From Thermoleophilia bacterium (GTDB taxonomy: Bacteria > Actinomycetota > Thermoleophilia > BMS3ABIN01): DNA of 64,000 nucleotides. The stretch covers positions 23,354 to 87,353 of the forward strand of contig JBAZZU010000003.1 of NCBI GenBank assembly GCA_041658605.1, written 5' to 3'. Below are positions 9,962 to 18,521 of this stretch, piece after piece. A program made the position numbers and the translations under genes. The notes under the pieces are model-generated. The model did not search any database, was not told where the DNA came from, and saw only the letters and a list, made by a program, of their open reading frames with translations. Positions within the stretch are counted from its first letter, which is position 1; every line of letters begins with the position of its first letter.

Positions 9962-11769
9962 ACCAGATCGCGAATCAGCCGGGCGTTCATCTTGACCATT
10001 TGAAGCATAGGTGGGTTCGAGATGAGGACGTGAAACCAGGCACGCGGTTTTATGTGCCTCACCATGAGGAATTGGACGTTCGGTCTGTCAAAGACGGGAA
10101 GGCAGAGGTGGGTTTGGTTGGCCACCCCATCACTGTGGACGTGCCTGAAAAGTCGGTGAAGTACTTTCATGCAGACATGCATGGGCAGTTGAACCACAAG
10201 CCCGATAGTGGCAACGAGCATGTTGACGCCGTAATTAGAGGGGAGGGTGAACACCTCGGCAAGGGCAACGACGGGATCGTTTATCGCCACGGGGAGAAAG
10301 TGGTCAAGGTCTCAACGACCGTCCCTTACCAGCCCTTCAACCGTGGGCAGCACAGGACTCCAGAGGAAGCCCTACGGCATCTTCAAAAGGAGCACGAGGC
10401 CCATACGGCACTCCAGGGGATTCCTGGCGTGCCCGAAGTGGATGGGCAAGAGCATGAGGGGCGATACTGGATGGTTAAGCCGCATCTTTCGCCTACTGGC
10501 GTGGTCGATGAAAAAGAAGCACATCAGGTGCGCGATTCCGTCCGGGCCATGCACGCGAAGGGATGGGTTCTGGGCGATACCGTGCAGGTTGGCCGAGACA
10601 AGTCGGGCGGCATCCAGTTCATGGACCTCGGGTCTGCTCACAAGTCGGATAGCGACTACCAAAGAGAGCACGACGAAGAAAGGTTGGCCTCGTTCTTCCA
10701 TCTTCATCGGTTGAAGTACACGGATCCCCCTGCTGAAGTACAGAAAAAGGAGCGGGTAGCACGCACTCTCCTGGACATGGCCATCAAACACCAGGATCCG
10801 GAAAAGGTCAGGGCGCATCGTATTGAGTGGAAACGACTGGCGAGCGAACACAGGATGAACCTCGTCAGAAAAGACGACTTCGACGGGATGATGGCGTTTG
10901 CGGACATTACCGATGCGATGGAGAAACGGCTTGAAAAGGCCATCTTCCTCAACGGCCAAAAGCGCAACCCCAAGGACTTCGACGAAGCCGCCCTATCTCA
11001 AGGCATCCGCGTGGAGATGGAGCACACCGACGATCCGAAGATCGCGATAGAGATCGCGATGGATCACCTTGCCGAGCGTCCGGACTACTACGATCGGCTG
11101 GAAGAGATGGAAGCGAAGCCGATTCAAAAAGCCATCCTCTCCGGGATCCGCTTTATGTACCTACTACGCAAGTCTCAGCTCAACCTCTTCGACTGGCACG
11201 GCGAACCCGTCCAGCACGAGCACCGCGAGCCGATCCCCACCAGGCCACGCATGGGACCGGGCCCCCTGTTCGCCGAAGAGCGAGCGTCGGCGCCCGTGCA
11301 TGCCCCGCTGCCCCCTATGCCTCCTCCGACCTCGCACACCTTCACCTCCAATATTCACGTCAAGAGCCACCTTCGGCGCCTGCCGTCGGGTGAAGTGGTG
11401 GAGGTAGCCGCGCACGAGAGAACAGCCGATCGGGTAACCCACGACGATCCGAAGCCCCGGCAGACGAAGATCACAGAGTACGCCGACAAGCCGGCGCTCT
11501 TGAAGCCGCCTTCCATGGCACCGCAGCCCCGAGAGATGCCGAAGCCCTTCACGGAAGAGCAGTTAAAAGCGATTGGAGAGGCACGGGTGCGCCAAGAGGC
11601 GGCCGGCGGAACTCCGGGACAAGGAAGGCCCTGGGTACGATGGCCCAGCCAACCAGCGCCTCTCTGCTGCGAAAGCGGGGAGACTTGGGCCCGCGCACCG
11701 GGCAGCGGCAAAGAGCGCCCCGTGGACCTCGCAGGGCGTCCTGCTCCGATGGCAGCAACTGGCGATTGA
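9958..11769 (+). CDS. Protein-kinase-like domain protein carrying a QLNLF motif
   Basis: Gly-rich loop GEGEHLGKGNDGIVYRHGEKVVKV (GxGxxGxV...VxK), hinge-like RYWMVKPHL, degenerate catalytic loop HAKGWVLGD and DLG (DFG-like) motif. QLNLF at aa ~407. The last ~65 aa of this frame have low GC3 and are probably not coding. Confidence 0.5.
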   Translation: MNQIANQPGVHLDHLKHRWVRDEDVKPGTRFYVPHHEELDVRSVKDGKAEVGLVGHPITVDVPEKSVKYFHADMHGQLNHKPDSGNEHVDAVIRGEGEHLGKGNDGIVYRHGEKVVKVSTTVPYQPFNRGQHRTPEEALRHLQKEHEAHTALQGIPGVPEVDGQEHEGRYWMVKPHLSPTGVVDEKEAHQVRDSVRAMHAKGWVLGDTVQVGRDKSGGIQFMDLGSAHKSDSDYQREHDEERLASFFHLHRLKYTDPPAEVQKKERVARTLLDMAIKHQDPEKVRAHRIEWKRLASEHRMNLVRKDDFDGMMAFADITDAMEKRLEKAIFLNGQKRNPKDFDEAALSQGIRVEMEHTDDPKIAIEIAMDHLAERPDYYDRLEEMEAKPIQKAILSGIRFMYLLRKSQLNLFDWHGEPVQHEHREPIPTRPRMGPGPLFAEERASAPVHAPLPPMPPPTSHTFTSNIHVKSHLRRLPSGEVVEVAAHERTADRVTHDDPKPRQTKITEYADKPALLKPPSMAPQPREMPKPFTEEQLKAIGEARVRQEAAGGTPGQGRPWVRWPSQPAPLCCESGETWARAPGSGKERPVDLAGRPAPMAATGD

Positions 11770-12466
11770 CCCTCGCCTGTTGGATGATGAGTTCGCCGAC
11801 GACTTCCCCGGATACAAGAGCCCGAAGCTCCAGGCGGTCATCCAGGCCACGAAGGACCACCTGACGAATCACCCCGAAACCGGCGCCGTGCTTTTCTGTG
11901 AGTACAACGGCGGGATTGAGGCGATGAAGTCGAGCCTGATCGAGGAAGGCTACCGCCCCGAGGACATCGGGGTCTATACGGGCAAGGTGTCAAGCCAGCG
12001 GAAACGGCGCGACCTTCAGAACGACCTGAACAGCGGCAAGATCAAGATCCTCCTTGGCAACACGGCGGCACTTGAGACGGGCGCGAACCTCCAGAAACGC
12101 GCTAACTTTGTCGCTCATCTCAACACGCCATGGGCCCCGGATCGGCTTGTCCAGTCAACCGGGCGAGTCCATCGGCAAGGGCAGGAACGGAAGGTTACCG
12201 TATTTCGCCCGACCGGATCCGAGGTAGAAGAACTCATCGAGCGCGTTGTCTCGCGCAAGCTCCTTCAATCCTCACAGGCGACCGGCGTAACGATGGCCGC
12301 TGACTCTCATGTAGCTGTCTCCATGCGCCGAAAGGGCCGCGAAAAGCTCGACTCCTCCACGATCGCGAAACTGCTGGGAATCGACCCGTCGCTGTTGTCG
12401 CAGAAGGGCGATGAAGCAGAACGCGAGGCCGCAGAGATCAAGGAAATGAAGAAGAGGAAGAAATGA
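11573..12466 (+). CDS. SNF2-family helicase C-terminal lobe (orphan, possibly fused to upstream ORF by frameshift)
   Basis: Helicase-C motifs GKIKILLGNTAALETGANL and QSTGRVHRQGQ (motif VI). No SNF2 N-lobe upstream in any frame. TTG start right after an in-frame TAA. Overlaps 9958..11769 by 197 nt. Confidence 0.5.
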   Translation: MERHGCAKRRPAELRDKEGPGYDGPANQRLSAAKAGRLGPAHRAAAKSAPWTSQGVLLRWQQLAIDPRLLDDEFADDFPGYKSPKLQAVIQATKDHLTNHPETGAVLFCEYNGGIEAMKSSLIEEGYRPEDIGVYTGKVSSQRKRRDLQNDLNSGKIKILLGNTAALETGANLQKRANFVAHLNTPWAPDRLVQSTGRVHRQGQERKVTVFRPTGSEVEELIERVVSRKLLQSSQATGVTMAADSHVAVSMRRKGREKLDSSTIAKLLGIDPSLLSQKGDEAEREAAEIKEMKKRKK

Positions 12467-14184
12467 ACGACTCCGAAGCCACGAATCTCCTGCGCGCCTT
12501 GGCCCCCGTCGGTGGGTCTCCTGGTGGGTTCGACCCCAAGAAGCGCCGCGTGCTCGTCATGCGGCTTCATCGGTATCTGGTGGAGGATGGCGGCTACATC
12601 CCAGCGTGGCTCAAGAACGAGGCGGCCGAGATGCGGAAGGGCGTGATCCTTTACGTCGAGTTGCACAAGGCCGCTCAACTTGGGCTCTTCGGTGGTCAGG
12701 GTCGGGAGTTTCGCCCGGAGGTGCCGAAGCCGCATGGTGGTGGTAAGCCTCGTGGGCCGCAGCAGACCGGGATGACCTCGGGCGGGCTCTTCGGCACGGT
12801 CTGGGTCAAGGACCATGATCGGGTGGTGAATGGGCACGTCGAGCACGTTGACGGTCATGAGAGGAAGGTGGTGGGGAATGTCCACGCGCCCACGTTGACA
12901 GGAAAGGAGGAAGGTGGTAGGGTCGAGAGTGAACCTTCTCCGAAAGAGGAAAGCATGACCCGGCACCCTGACGCTCCGGAAGGATTCGAACCGGTTGACA
13001 TGTCCATTCATGGAGCCCATAAGGCACCATCGAACGAAAAGGGGCAACAGGGCTCTTTCAACTACTGGTATCCGACGCTGGAATCGGCTCGGGCAGGCCA
13101 GAAGCACCATGAAGAGCAGCAACGAGTAAAGGGGGATATGAAGCGGGCGCGGGAACATGAGAAGATCGCTCGCGGATCGGCAAAGTTCATTGAGGCTGAA
13201 ACTCAACGAAGAGCAAAACTCGCGGCGGCAGAGATTCGGCGCACCGCTGTTCCTTTTGTTCACCCGAGTATCTATGAATATCGGGACTACATCAGAGAGC
13301 AGGGTGGTTTCGTGGAAGATGGTGGGTGGAAGGTGCCAGCCGCAGCTCACGCCGCCATTACGGAGCACATCGAGGAGCGGAATCGGAAATTGGCCATCAA
13401 GCGCCAAACGAAGCCATCAGTAACCCCACCGGTTCCGGCCGCACTGAAATACATACCCATACAGCACTCGAACACCTACGACTATCGGGAAGACATCAAG
13501 AAAGCCGGTGGTCGGTGGGACAATAACCAGCGGGTCTGGATGGTCCCGGAAAACAGGCATGCCGAACTAATCGCCAAGATGACGCCTGCGCCTGCGCCCC
13601 CTCCCGCAGCTCCTTTGCCGACGATCGCACCAGGAGAAAAGGAATACACCAGATTTGAGAATGGATCGCGTCGTATGAAGCCCGCTCATCCGTTGGCTGT
13701 CGGAGACGTGGTGTTTCGAGGGGATGGCGCAAACCGAACTTACCAGACGGTCACGAAAGTAAGGCCTTCGCTCTTCCGTTCCGAAAACGATCAGGAGGAC
13801 TTTGGAGAAACCGGAAGAGGTGCAGGTTGGTATCATCCGTATACCGTTCGACCTGCTACTGAGGAGGAATCGGCCAACCTCCGCGGCAAGCACGCAGAAG
13901 CAGACGCAAAGGTCAAGGCTGCGACTGCCGCAAAAATGGCGCTACAGTCAGCCATCCAGACGGCGGAATATCCGAAGAAGGCTGAACCATCAGGAGAGAG
14001 CATCAAGATTGGTCAAAATGAAACAATTCAGGTTGAGCCAGACCTTCAACACGCGTGGCACATCAAGTATAACGGTCGTGATGGCGACAACTGGGCCTAC
14101 AACAACCTGGGCGGCCACTCGATCGCGCATCGGTTCCCAATGACTCCTGAACTATCAGGACACATCGAAGCGCTGAAAGTCTAA
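12463..14184 (+). CDS. Hypothetical protein (573 aa) with QLGLFGG motif and two tandem ~40-aa repeats
   Basis: ATGA overlap with the upstream gene. KAAQLGLFGG...RVVNGHVEHV module shared with 16185..18518. Repeats YEYRDYIREQGGFVEDGGWKVP / YDYREDIKKAGGRWDNNQRVWMVP. Confidence 0.5.
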   Translation: MNDSEATNLLRALAPVGGSPGGFDPKKRRVLVMRLHRYLVEDGGYIPAWLKNEAAEMRKGVILYVELHKAAQLGLFGGQGREFRPEVPKPHGGGKPRGPQQTGMTSGGLFGTVWVKDHDRVVNGHVEHVDGHERKVVGNVHAPTLTGKEEGGRVESEPSPKEESMTRHPDAPEGFEPVDMSIHGAHKAPSNEKGQQGSFNYWYPTLESARAGQKHHEEQQRVKGDMKRAREHEKIARGSAKFIEAETQRRAKLAAAEIRRTAVPFVHPSIYEYRDYIREQGGFVEDGGWKVPAAAHAAITEHIEERNRKLAIKRQTKPSVTPPVPAALKYIPIQHSNTYDYREDIKKAGGRWDNNQRVWMVPENRHAELIAKMTPAPAPPPAAPLPTIAPGEKEYTRFENGSRRMKPAHPLAVGDVVFRGDGANRTYQTVTKVRPSLFRSENDQEDFGETGRGAGWYHPYTVRPATEEESANLRGKHAEADAKVKAATAAKMALQSAIQTAEYPKKAEPSGESIKIGQNETIQVEPDLQHAWHIKYNGRDGDNWAYNNLGGHSIAHRFPMTPELSGHIEALKV

Positions 14185-14186
14185 TC

Positions 14187-14465
14187 GTGCTGCTTCTTTT
14201 CGTTCTCCTCCTCTCCTGCGCCCCAGAACCGCCAGAAGTCTGCAATATGGTCTCCGTGCCCTGGGAGCGCTCGACGCTCAAGGCGATCGAGGTTTACCTC
14301 GACTACCTGCCCTGTGAGGCCACGATCGGCTGCGAGTCGCTTAACGGGACCGTGACGATTTACGACCTGGAGCCCGTTTGCGGAGTCGCCTGCCGGGTAT
14401 ACGGATCCTGCCGCCCGGACGAAACGCCGCTGGAACTTCGATACTCCGCGTGCGACTGCTCATAG
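14187..14465 (+). CDS. Cys-rich putative lipoprotein (92 aa)
   Basis: GTG start. Signal peptide LLLFVLLLSC with lipobox L-L-S-C. 9 further Cys. Tail-to-tail 6-nt overlap with the antisense methyltransferase. Confidence 0.4.
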   Translation: MLLLFVLLLSCAPEPPEVCNMVSVPWERSTLKAIEVYLDYLPCEATIGCESLNGTVTIYDLEPVCGVACRVYGSCRPDETPLELRYSACDCS

Positions 14466-15272
14466 CAGCGTAGTTTGCTCCCGCTCCTCATCCTGGCCCA
14501 TTGGCAGACCTATCTGAACGCCAGCGGCCTCGATGCTCTCCAACCTGCGCGCCGCGATGTCGAGATAAGCCGGCTCCGTCTCGATCCCGATGTACTGGCG
14601 CCCAGAGAGTAATGCAGCCTCTCCGATGGCCCCAGAACCTGCGAAAGGGTCAAGGACCGTGCCGCCATGGGTCACGACGGAAACGAGCCACGCGCAGACC
14701 CTTGGGGGCTTTTCGGTGACGTGCTCGCGGTCCCTTGAAGACGCCTCGGTGACGTAACCGGGCAGGCAGCCGATCCCTGGTCTGTCGGTCGGCATCGGTC
14801 CAAGGGTTCCGACGGCGATGAATTCGCCCGGGTTCCAGAACCAGCCCATCCGAGGCCTTGACGATCCGGGAGGCTTCAACCACGGGTGGATCCCGCGAAG
14901 GATGAACCCGCCCACTTGGAGCGCATCACAGACCGCGCCAACCTGCCGCCAGTCGGAAAAGACGCATGCCGGACTGCCGGGGAGCATGACCCGAGTCGCA
15001 CGGGCCGCAATCTCCCCAAGCCAGATCGTGAAGGATCGCTGGTCTCGGTTGTCGCCTGCGAAGTTCGGAAGGTATTCGGCCTGCGCGGAATCGGAGCTGA
15101 GATACTTCTTGCGGGTGTCTAGCGTTCGATCACCACGGAAGGCACCCCCCGAAGAGTACGGGGGATCCGTGATCAGGGCGTCAACGCGGACGCGTTCGCG
15201 TTCGAGATCCGCGAGTACGAACAGGGAGTCGCCGTTGTAGAGTTTCCAGGTCTTTCCTTGGGCGTGTAGCAT
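14460..15272 (-). CDS. Beta-class DNA methyltransferase (N6-adenine or N4-cytosine)
   Basis: Motif IV LITDPPYSSGG near the N-terminus and motif I DPFAGSGAIG near the C-terminus (IV before I gives beta class). Confidence 0.8.
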   Translation of the reverse strand: MLHAQGKTWKLYNGDSLFVLADLERERVRVDALITDPPYSSGGAFRGDRTLDTRKKYLSSDSAQAEYLPNFAGDNRDQRSFTIWLGEIAARATRVMLPGSPACVFSDWRQVGAVCDALQVGGFILRGIHPWLKPPGSSRPRMGWFWNPGEFIAVGTLGPMPTDRPGIGCLPGYVTEASSRDREHVTEKPPRVCAWLVSVVTHGGTVLDPFAGSGAIGEAALLSGRQYIGIETEPAYLDIAARRLESIEAAGVQIGLPMGQDEEREQTTLL

Positions 15273-15437
15273 GGTGGAAGTGTAACACGTTGCATGGAGA
15301 GGTCAAGGTGGCACGGTCTTTGCTACACCTTTCAGTGAAAGGAAAGACCATGGAAACCCTCATCGCGGCGGGATCGGCTCCGGCCATCCTCATGTCGAGT
15401 TCTTCGTTCCCGTCTACCGAATCCACGCGAGCAAGCC

Positions 15438-15653
15438 ATGACCTGCCCCCGCTGCCACCAGCAATTCACCCCGACAGCAGAGGAGTCCAAGTGCCCCGAC
15501 TGCGAGCGGGAGATCCTTCGTCGCAGGTACGAGATCGCCAGGATCCGCCGACATGGCGAGACCTGGCTTCTCGTCTCCCCGCGCCATGTTCTCGCGGGTG
15601 GGTTCGCCTCGCGCGAGCAGGCCGAGAGGTTCCGTTCCGCCAGGGTGGGGTAG
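15438..15653 (+). CDS. Small zinc-ribbon protein (71 aa)
   Basis: CPRC...CPDC pair. Lies divergent from the methyltransferase across a 165-bp intergenic region. Confidence 0.4.
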   Translation: MTCPRCHQQFTPTAEESKCPDCEREILRRRYEIARIRRHGETWLLVSPRHVLAGGFASREQAERFRSARVG

Positions 15654-15660
15654 ATCCGGA

Positions 15661-16158
15661 ATGGACCTCTTCAACCATCAAGGCGCCGTCTTCTCGGAGG
15701 ATCGCGTCTACCGCTATCGGCTCTGGCGGCATCCTCCTGATACCCGGTTCGCCGCGTTCATCGGGCTCAACCCGAGCACCGCTGACGAAACCCAGAACGA
15801 CCCGACCGTGACCCGTTGTATCGGGTTCGCTCGGTCGTGGGGTCTTGCGGGCATGGAGATGTTGAACCTTTACGGGTTTCGCTCGACGGATCCCGATCCG
15901 ATGTTCAAGCACTCTGCTCCTATAGGACCGGGCAACGACGAGGCGATCCTGGCGGTCGCTCGTGAGGCGTCGATCGTGATCGGCTGCTGGGGCGCGTTTC
16001 CTCAAGCCCGCATCCGTGCTATCGAGGTTCATAGGATGCTTTCCTCTGCCGGTATCGTGCTTCATGCTCTGCAATTGACTTCGCAGGGTTGGCCTCGGCA
16101 TCCTCTCTACCTCTGCCGAGACCGGGAGCCCTTTCCATGGAGGATCCCTGCGGGGTAA
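15661..16158 (+). CDS. DUF1643-family protein
   Basis: YRYRLWR...FIGLNPSTADETQNDPTVTRCIGFA...NLYGFRSTDP...CWGAF closely matches the DUF1643 signature as I recall it. ATG at 15661 inside track ORF 15553..16158. Confidence 0.6.
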   Translation: MDLFNHQGAVFSEDRVYRYRLWRHPPDTRFAAFIGLNPSTADETQNDPTVTRCIGFARSWGLAGMEMLNLYGFRSTDPDPMFKHSAPIGPGNDEAILAVAREASIVIGCWGAFPQARIRAIEVHRMLSSAGIVLHALQLTSQGWPRHPLYLCRDREPFPWRIPAG

Positions 16159-16184
16159 AGAGGTAACACCATTCGAGGGTTCCC

Positions 16185-18518
16185 ATGCACCTCTATCGCC
16201 CCGTTCGATCCGCTGACGGTTCTCTTTCGCTACGTGCCTCGGAACTGGTCTTCCGTCGCCCCGATGTGGCCCCCCGCGAGCTGCGCAAGGCCCTTCGTCT
16301 TCCGATCGGCATCGGCTGGCGTGACATCGACCAGGACGTGGACGGTGGCAAGGAGAAGAGGATCGTGGAGTGGGGAACGGTCTCCCGCTACTGGCCCTCA
16401 CTCGAAGCCGCCATGGCCGCAGAACGGCGCTACCTGATCCTCGGGTCGCAGGATGACGGCTACGGGATTCCCCAGGTCGAGCGGCCCGGGTCGGTCCAGG
16501 CCTGGGAAGCACGGGAGCGCGCCCGTTCGGCTCATGAGATGGTGATCTACTACTCGCCCGACGGGTGGACGGCTCTTGCTGGTGACGAGCACGGTGGGCA
16601 GGTCAAGGTGCTCGACGACTGCCGCGCGTACCGCTGGCCCTCGCTCATGGACGCGCTCTCTGCTGAGACGGCGTGGAGAGAGAAGGCGGACGCCGCGACC
16701 CTCAAACAGGTCCAGGCCGAAGCGCGCGGTGGAGAACCGAAGCCTTCGTTCTACGGTTACGGCGCGTTCATGGACGCGGCGCGGAAGTGTGCGGAGTTCA
16801 TGGCGCTTGCGGATCCGGGTGTCGGGGCGCCTCTCGTTCGGTTCACGGTGGACCTTCGCAAGGCCGCTCAAATGGGGTTGTTCGGAGGGGAGACACGGAT
16901 CCCGGAGCGGTCGCATCAAATGGGCCTCTTCGGTGGGACCGCGCACGTCAAGGCGCATACCCGGGTGGTCCATGGGCATGTGATCGAGGTGAAGGCCCAT
17001 GATCGGGAGGTCGAGCATGGGGCGAACCATCCTCCCGAGGTGATGGGGCACTCGGCGCCGGGACATCGGGTGGATGTGGATGCGAAGGTGGCATGGCCAG
17101 AAGTCAAAGAAGGCAACCTGTACCGCATCCATTTCGACACCCGCGACGAAGGCCAGCCGCACGGCGACTATATCGCCAAACGAGCCTCGACGAATCATCA
17201 CCAGTTCGAGAACCTTCTCAACGGCGCCCCCATGATGTTGAACCGGGATGCGGAAGGGCAGGGGAAGCACAGTCTGAGCGGCAAGGAAGGTGTCAGGATC
17301 CGAAGCGTTACAGGGTTTGAGGATGCTCTGGATGAGGCGAAAGCCAAGCATGAGATCATCCGAAAGGACGCGGAACGGGCGGCTTTGGCACCGAAGGTTG
17401 AGGAGAAGCCCTCCATTTCCGTCGATCCGGCCCAAATCGTCAAACCAGCGGACATTCAACCACCGGGCCCCATTCGTGACTACACCGACATGAAGCCATC
17501 GGTCGGTATGAAGGTTCACGGGCACTACATGCGGTCACCCTTCACCGGCACGGTCCATAACATCGAATCCGACTCAAGCGGATACCCTGGCACCCAGAAC
17601 GATCGCAGGTTGTGGGTGAAACTTGATAGCCCCCTGGTGGTCCCGGAAGGTGATTCGTCATACCCCGCCGGTCACGTTCGGCGCGAGGCAGGGGAAAGCA
17701 TCATTTTCCACGGGGAAAAACAGGCGTCAGGACATACACGGGTTCATCATGACACCCATCAAACCCTGGATTCGGTAGATAATCCGCTTCCTGGGTTGGT
17801 GCCCTTCGTAACAGACTACGATTCACGAAAGAAAACCCATACCCTGTCCGTGAACGGGAAGATGTCGAGCCATCCGACGCATGAAGCCGCGTTTGCTGCG
17901 GGGATGGAGGAGGTCAAGCCCACAACGCAACTTATCACCGAAGATGAGCTGAGAGAGCAGACCATCAAGCCCCCACCCAAGCCCACCCTATCCGTCAAAC
18001 CTGCGGAAATCGTTCAGGTTATACCGGGTATGGAGCACGAACATCCGGACTTTCCAGGCCACCGGTTGACCCGTGTGCAAACCCGGGAGAGGGACATCAG
18101 TTCCCGTGGTCGGGGACATGATTTATACACAATGATTGCCGGCCCAGAAGATGACACAATGCACTGGAGCGACAAGCATGTTGGCCATGAAGTAATTTCG
18201 GACGATTATCCAAGGTCAAGGTCCATACGATCAAGCGATAGACATGGTGAAACCTATGCGCATATGCCGCTCAAGCCCGGTAGTGTGATTATGCGTCTCA
18301 AAAAGAATACCGACGGGACAACCCAGAAGTCTGCGTTAGTTGTTCCGGAAAGTGGAGGAGACACATACCCAAGACACAAAGATCAACCACTGGACGCCGA
18401 TAGTTTGCCGTCTGCAACGGTAACCTCACGCAAAGCGGCTACTGGATGGGAAACTGTAGTAGATATCCCCGAAGGGATATCGGGTGTCAAGGCTGGTAAG
18501 CGAATTTACCGAGGATAG
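16185..18518 (+). CDS. Hypothetical protein (777 aa) with two QMGLFGG motifs; paralog of 12463..14184 module
   Basis: KAAQMGLFGG...HQMGLFGG...RVVHGHVIEVKAHDREV parallels the 12463 protein. His-rich C-terminal half with lower GC. Confidence 0.5.
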   Translation: MHLYRPVRSADGSLSLRASELVFRRPDVAPRELRKALRLPIGIGWRDIDQDVDGGKEKRIVEWGTVSRYWPSLEAAMAAERRYLILGSQDDGYGIPQVERPGSVQAWEARERARSAHEMVIYYSPDGWTALAGDEHGGQVKVLDDCRAYRWPSLMDALSAETAWREKADAATLKQVQAEARGGEPKPSFYGYGAFMDAARKCAEFMALADPGVGAPLVRFTVDLRKAAQMGLFGGETRIPERSHQMGLFGGTAHVKAHTRVVHGHVIEVKAHDREVEHGANHPPEVMGHSAPGHRVDVDAKVAWPEVKEGNLYRIHFDTRDEGQPHGDYIAKRASTNHHQFENLLNGAPMMLNRDAEGQGKHSLSGKEGVRIRSVTGFEDALDEAKAKHEIIRKDAERAALAPKVEEKPSISVDPAQIVKPADIQPPGPIRDYTDMKPSVGMKVHGHYMRSPFTGTVHNIESDSSGYPGTQNDRRLWVKLDSPLVVPEGDSSYPAGHVRREAGESIIFHGEKQASGHTRVHHDTHQTLDSVDNPLPGLVPFVTDYDSRKKTHTLSVNGKMSSHPTHEAAFAAGMEEVKPTTQLITEDELREQTIKPPPKPTLSVKPAEIVQVIPGMEHEHPDFPGHRLTRVQTRERDISSRGRGHDLYTMIAGPEDDTMHWSDKHVGHEVISDDYPRSRSIRSSDRHGETYAHMPLKPGSVIMRLKKNTDGTTQKSALVVPESGGDTYPRHKDQPLDADSLPSATVTSRKAATGWETVVDIPEGISGVKAGKRIYRG

Positions 18519-18521
18519 CCC

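Noticed and set aside
11573-11769. Last ~65 aa of the 603-aa kinase-like ORF (…GGTPGQGRPWVRWPSQPAPLCC…).
   Set aside because: GC3 ~61% versus ~77% in the overlapping helicase-C frame, and the sequence looks like out-of-frame read-through. Treated as non-coding or frameshift tail rather than genuine C-terminus.
15273-15437. Imperfect inverted repeat TGTAACACGTTGCA as an operator in the divergent methyltransferase/zinc-ribbon intergenic region.
   Set aside because: Only 9/14 positions self-complementary. Insufficient to call an operator.
15290-15811. 173-aa plus-strand ORF spanning the methyltransferase promoter region and the DUF1643 gene.
   Set aside because: Out of frame with the well-supported zinc-ribbon and DUF1643 ORFs. 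Pro/Ser/Arg-rich low-complexity translation.
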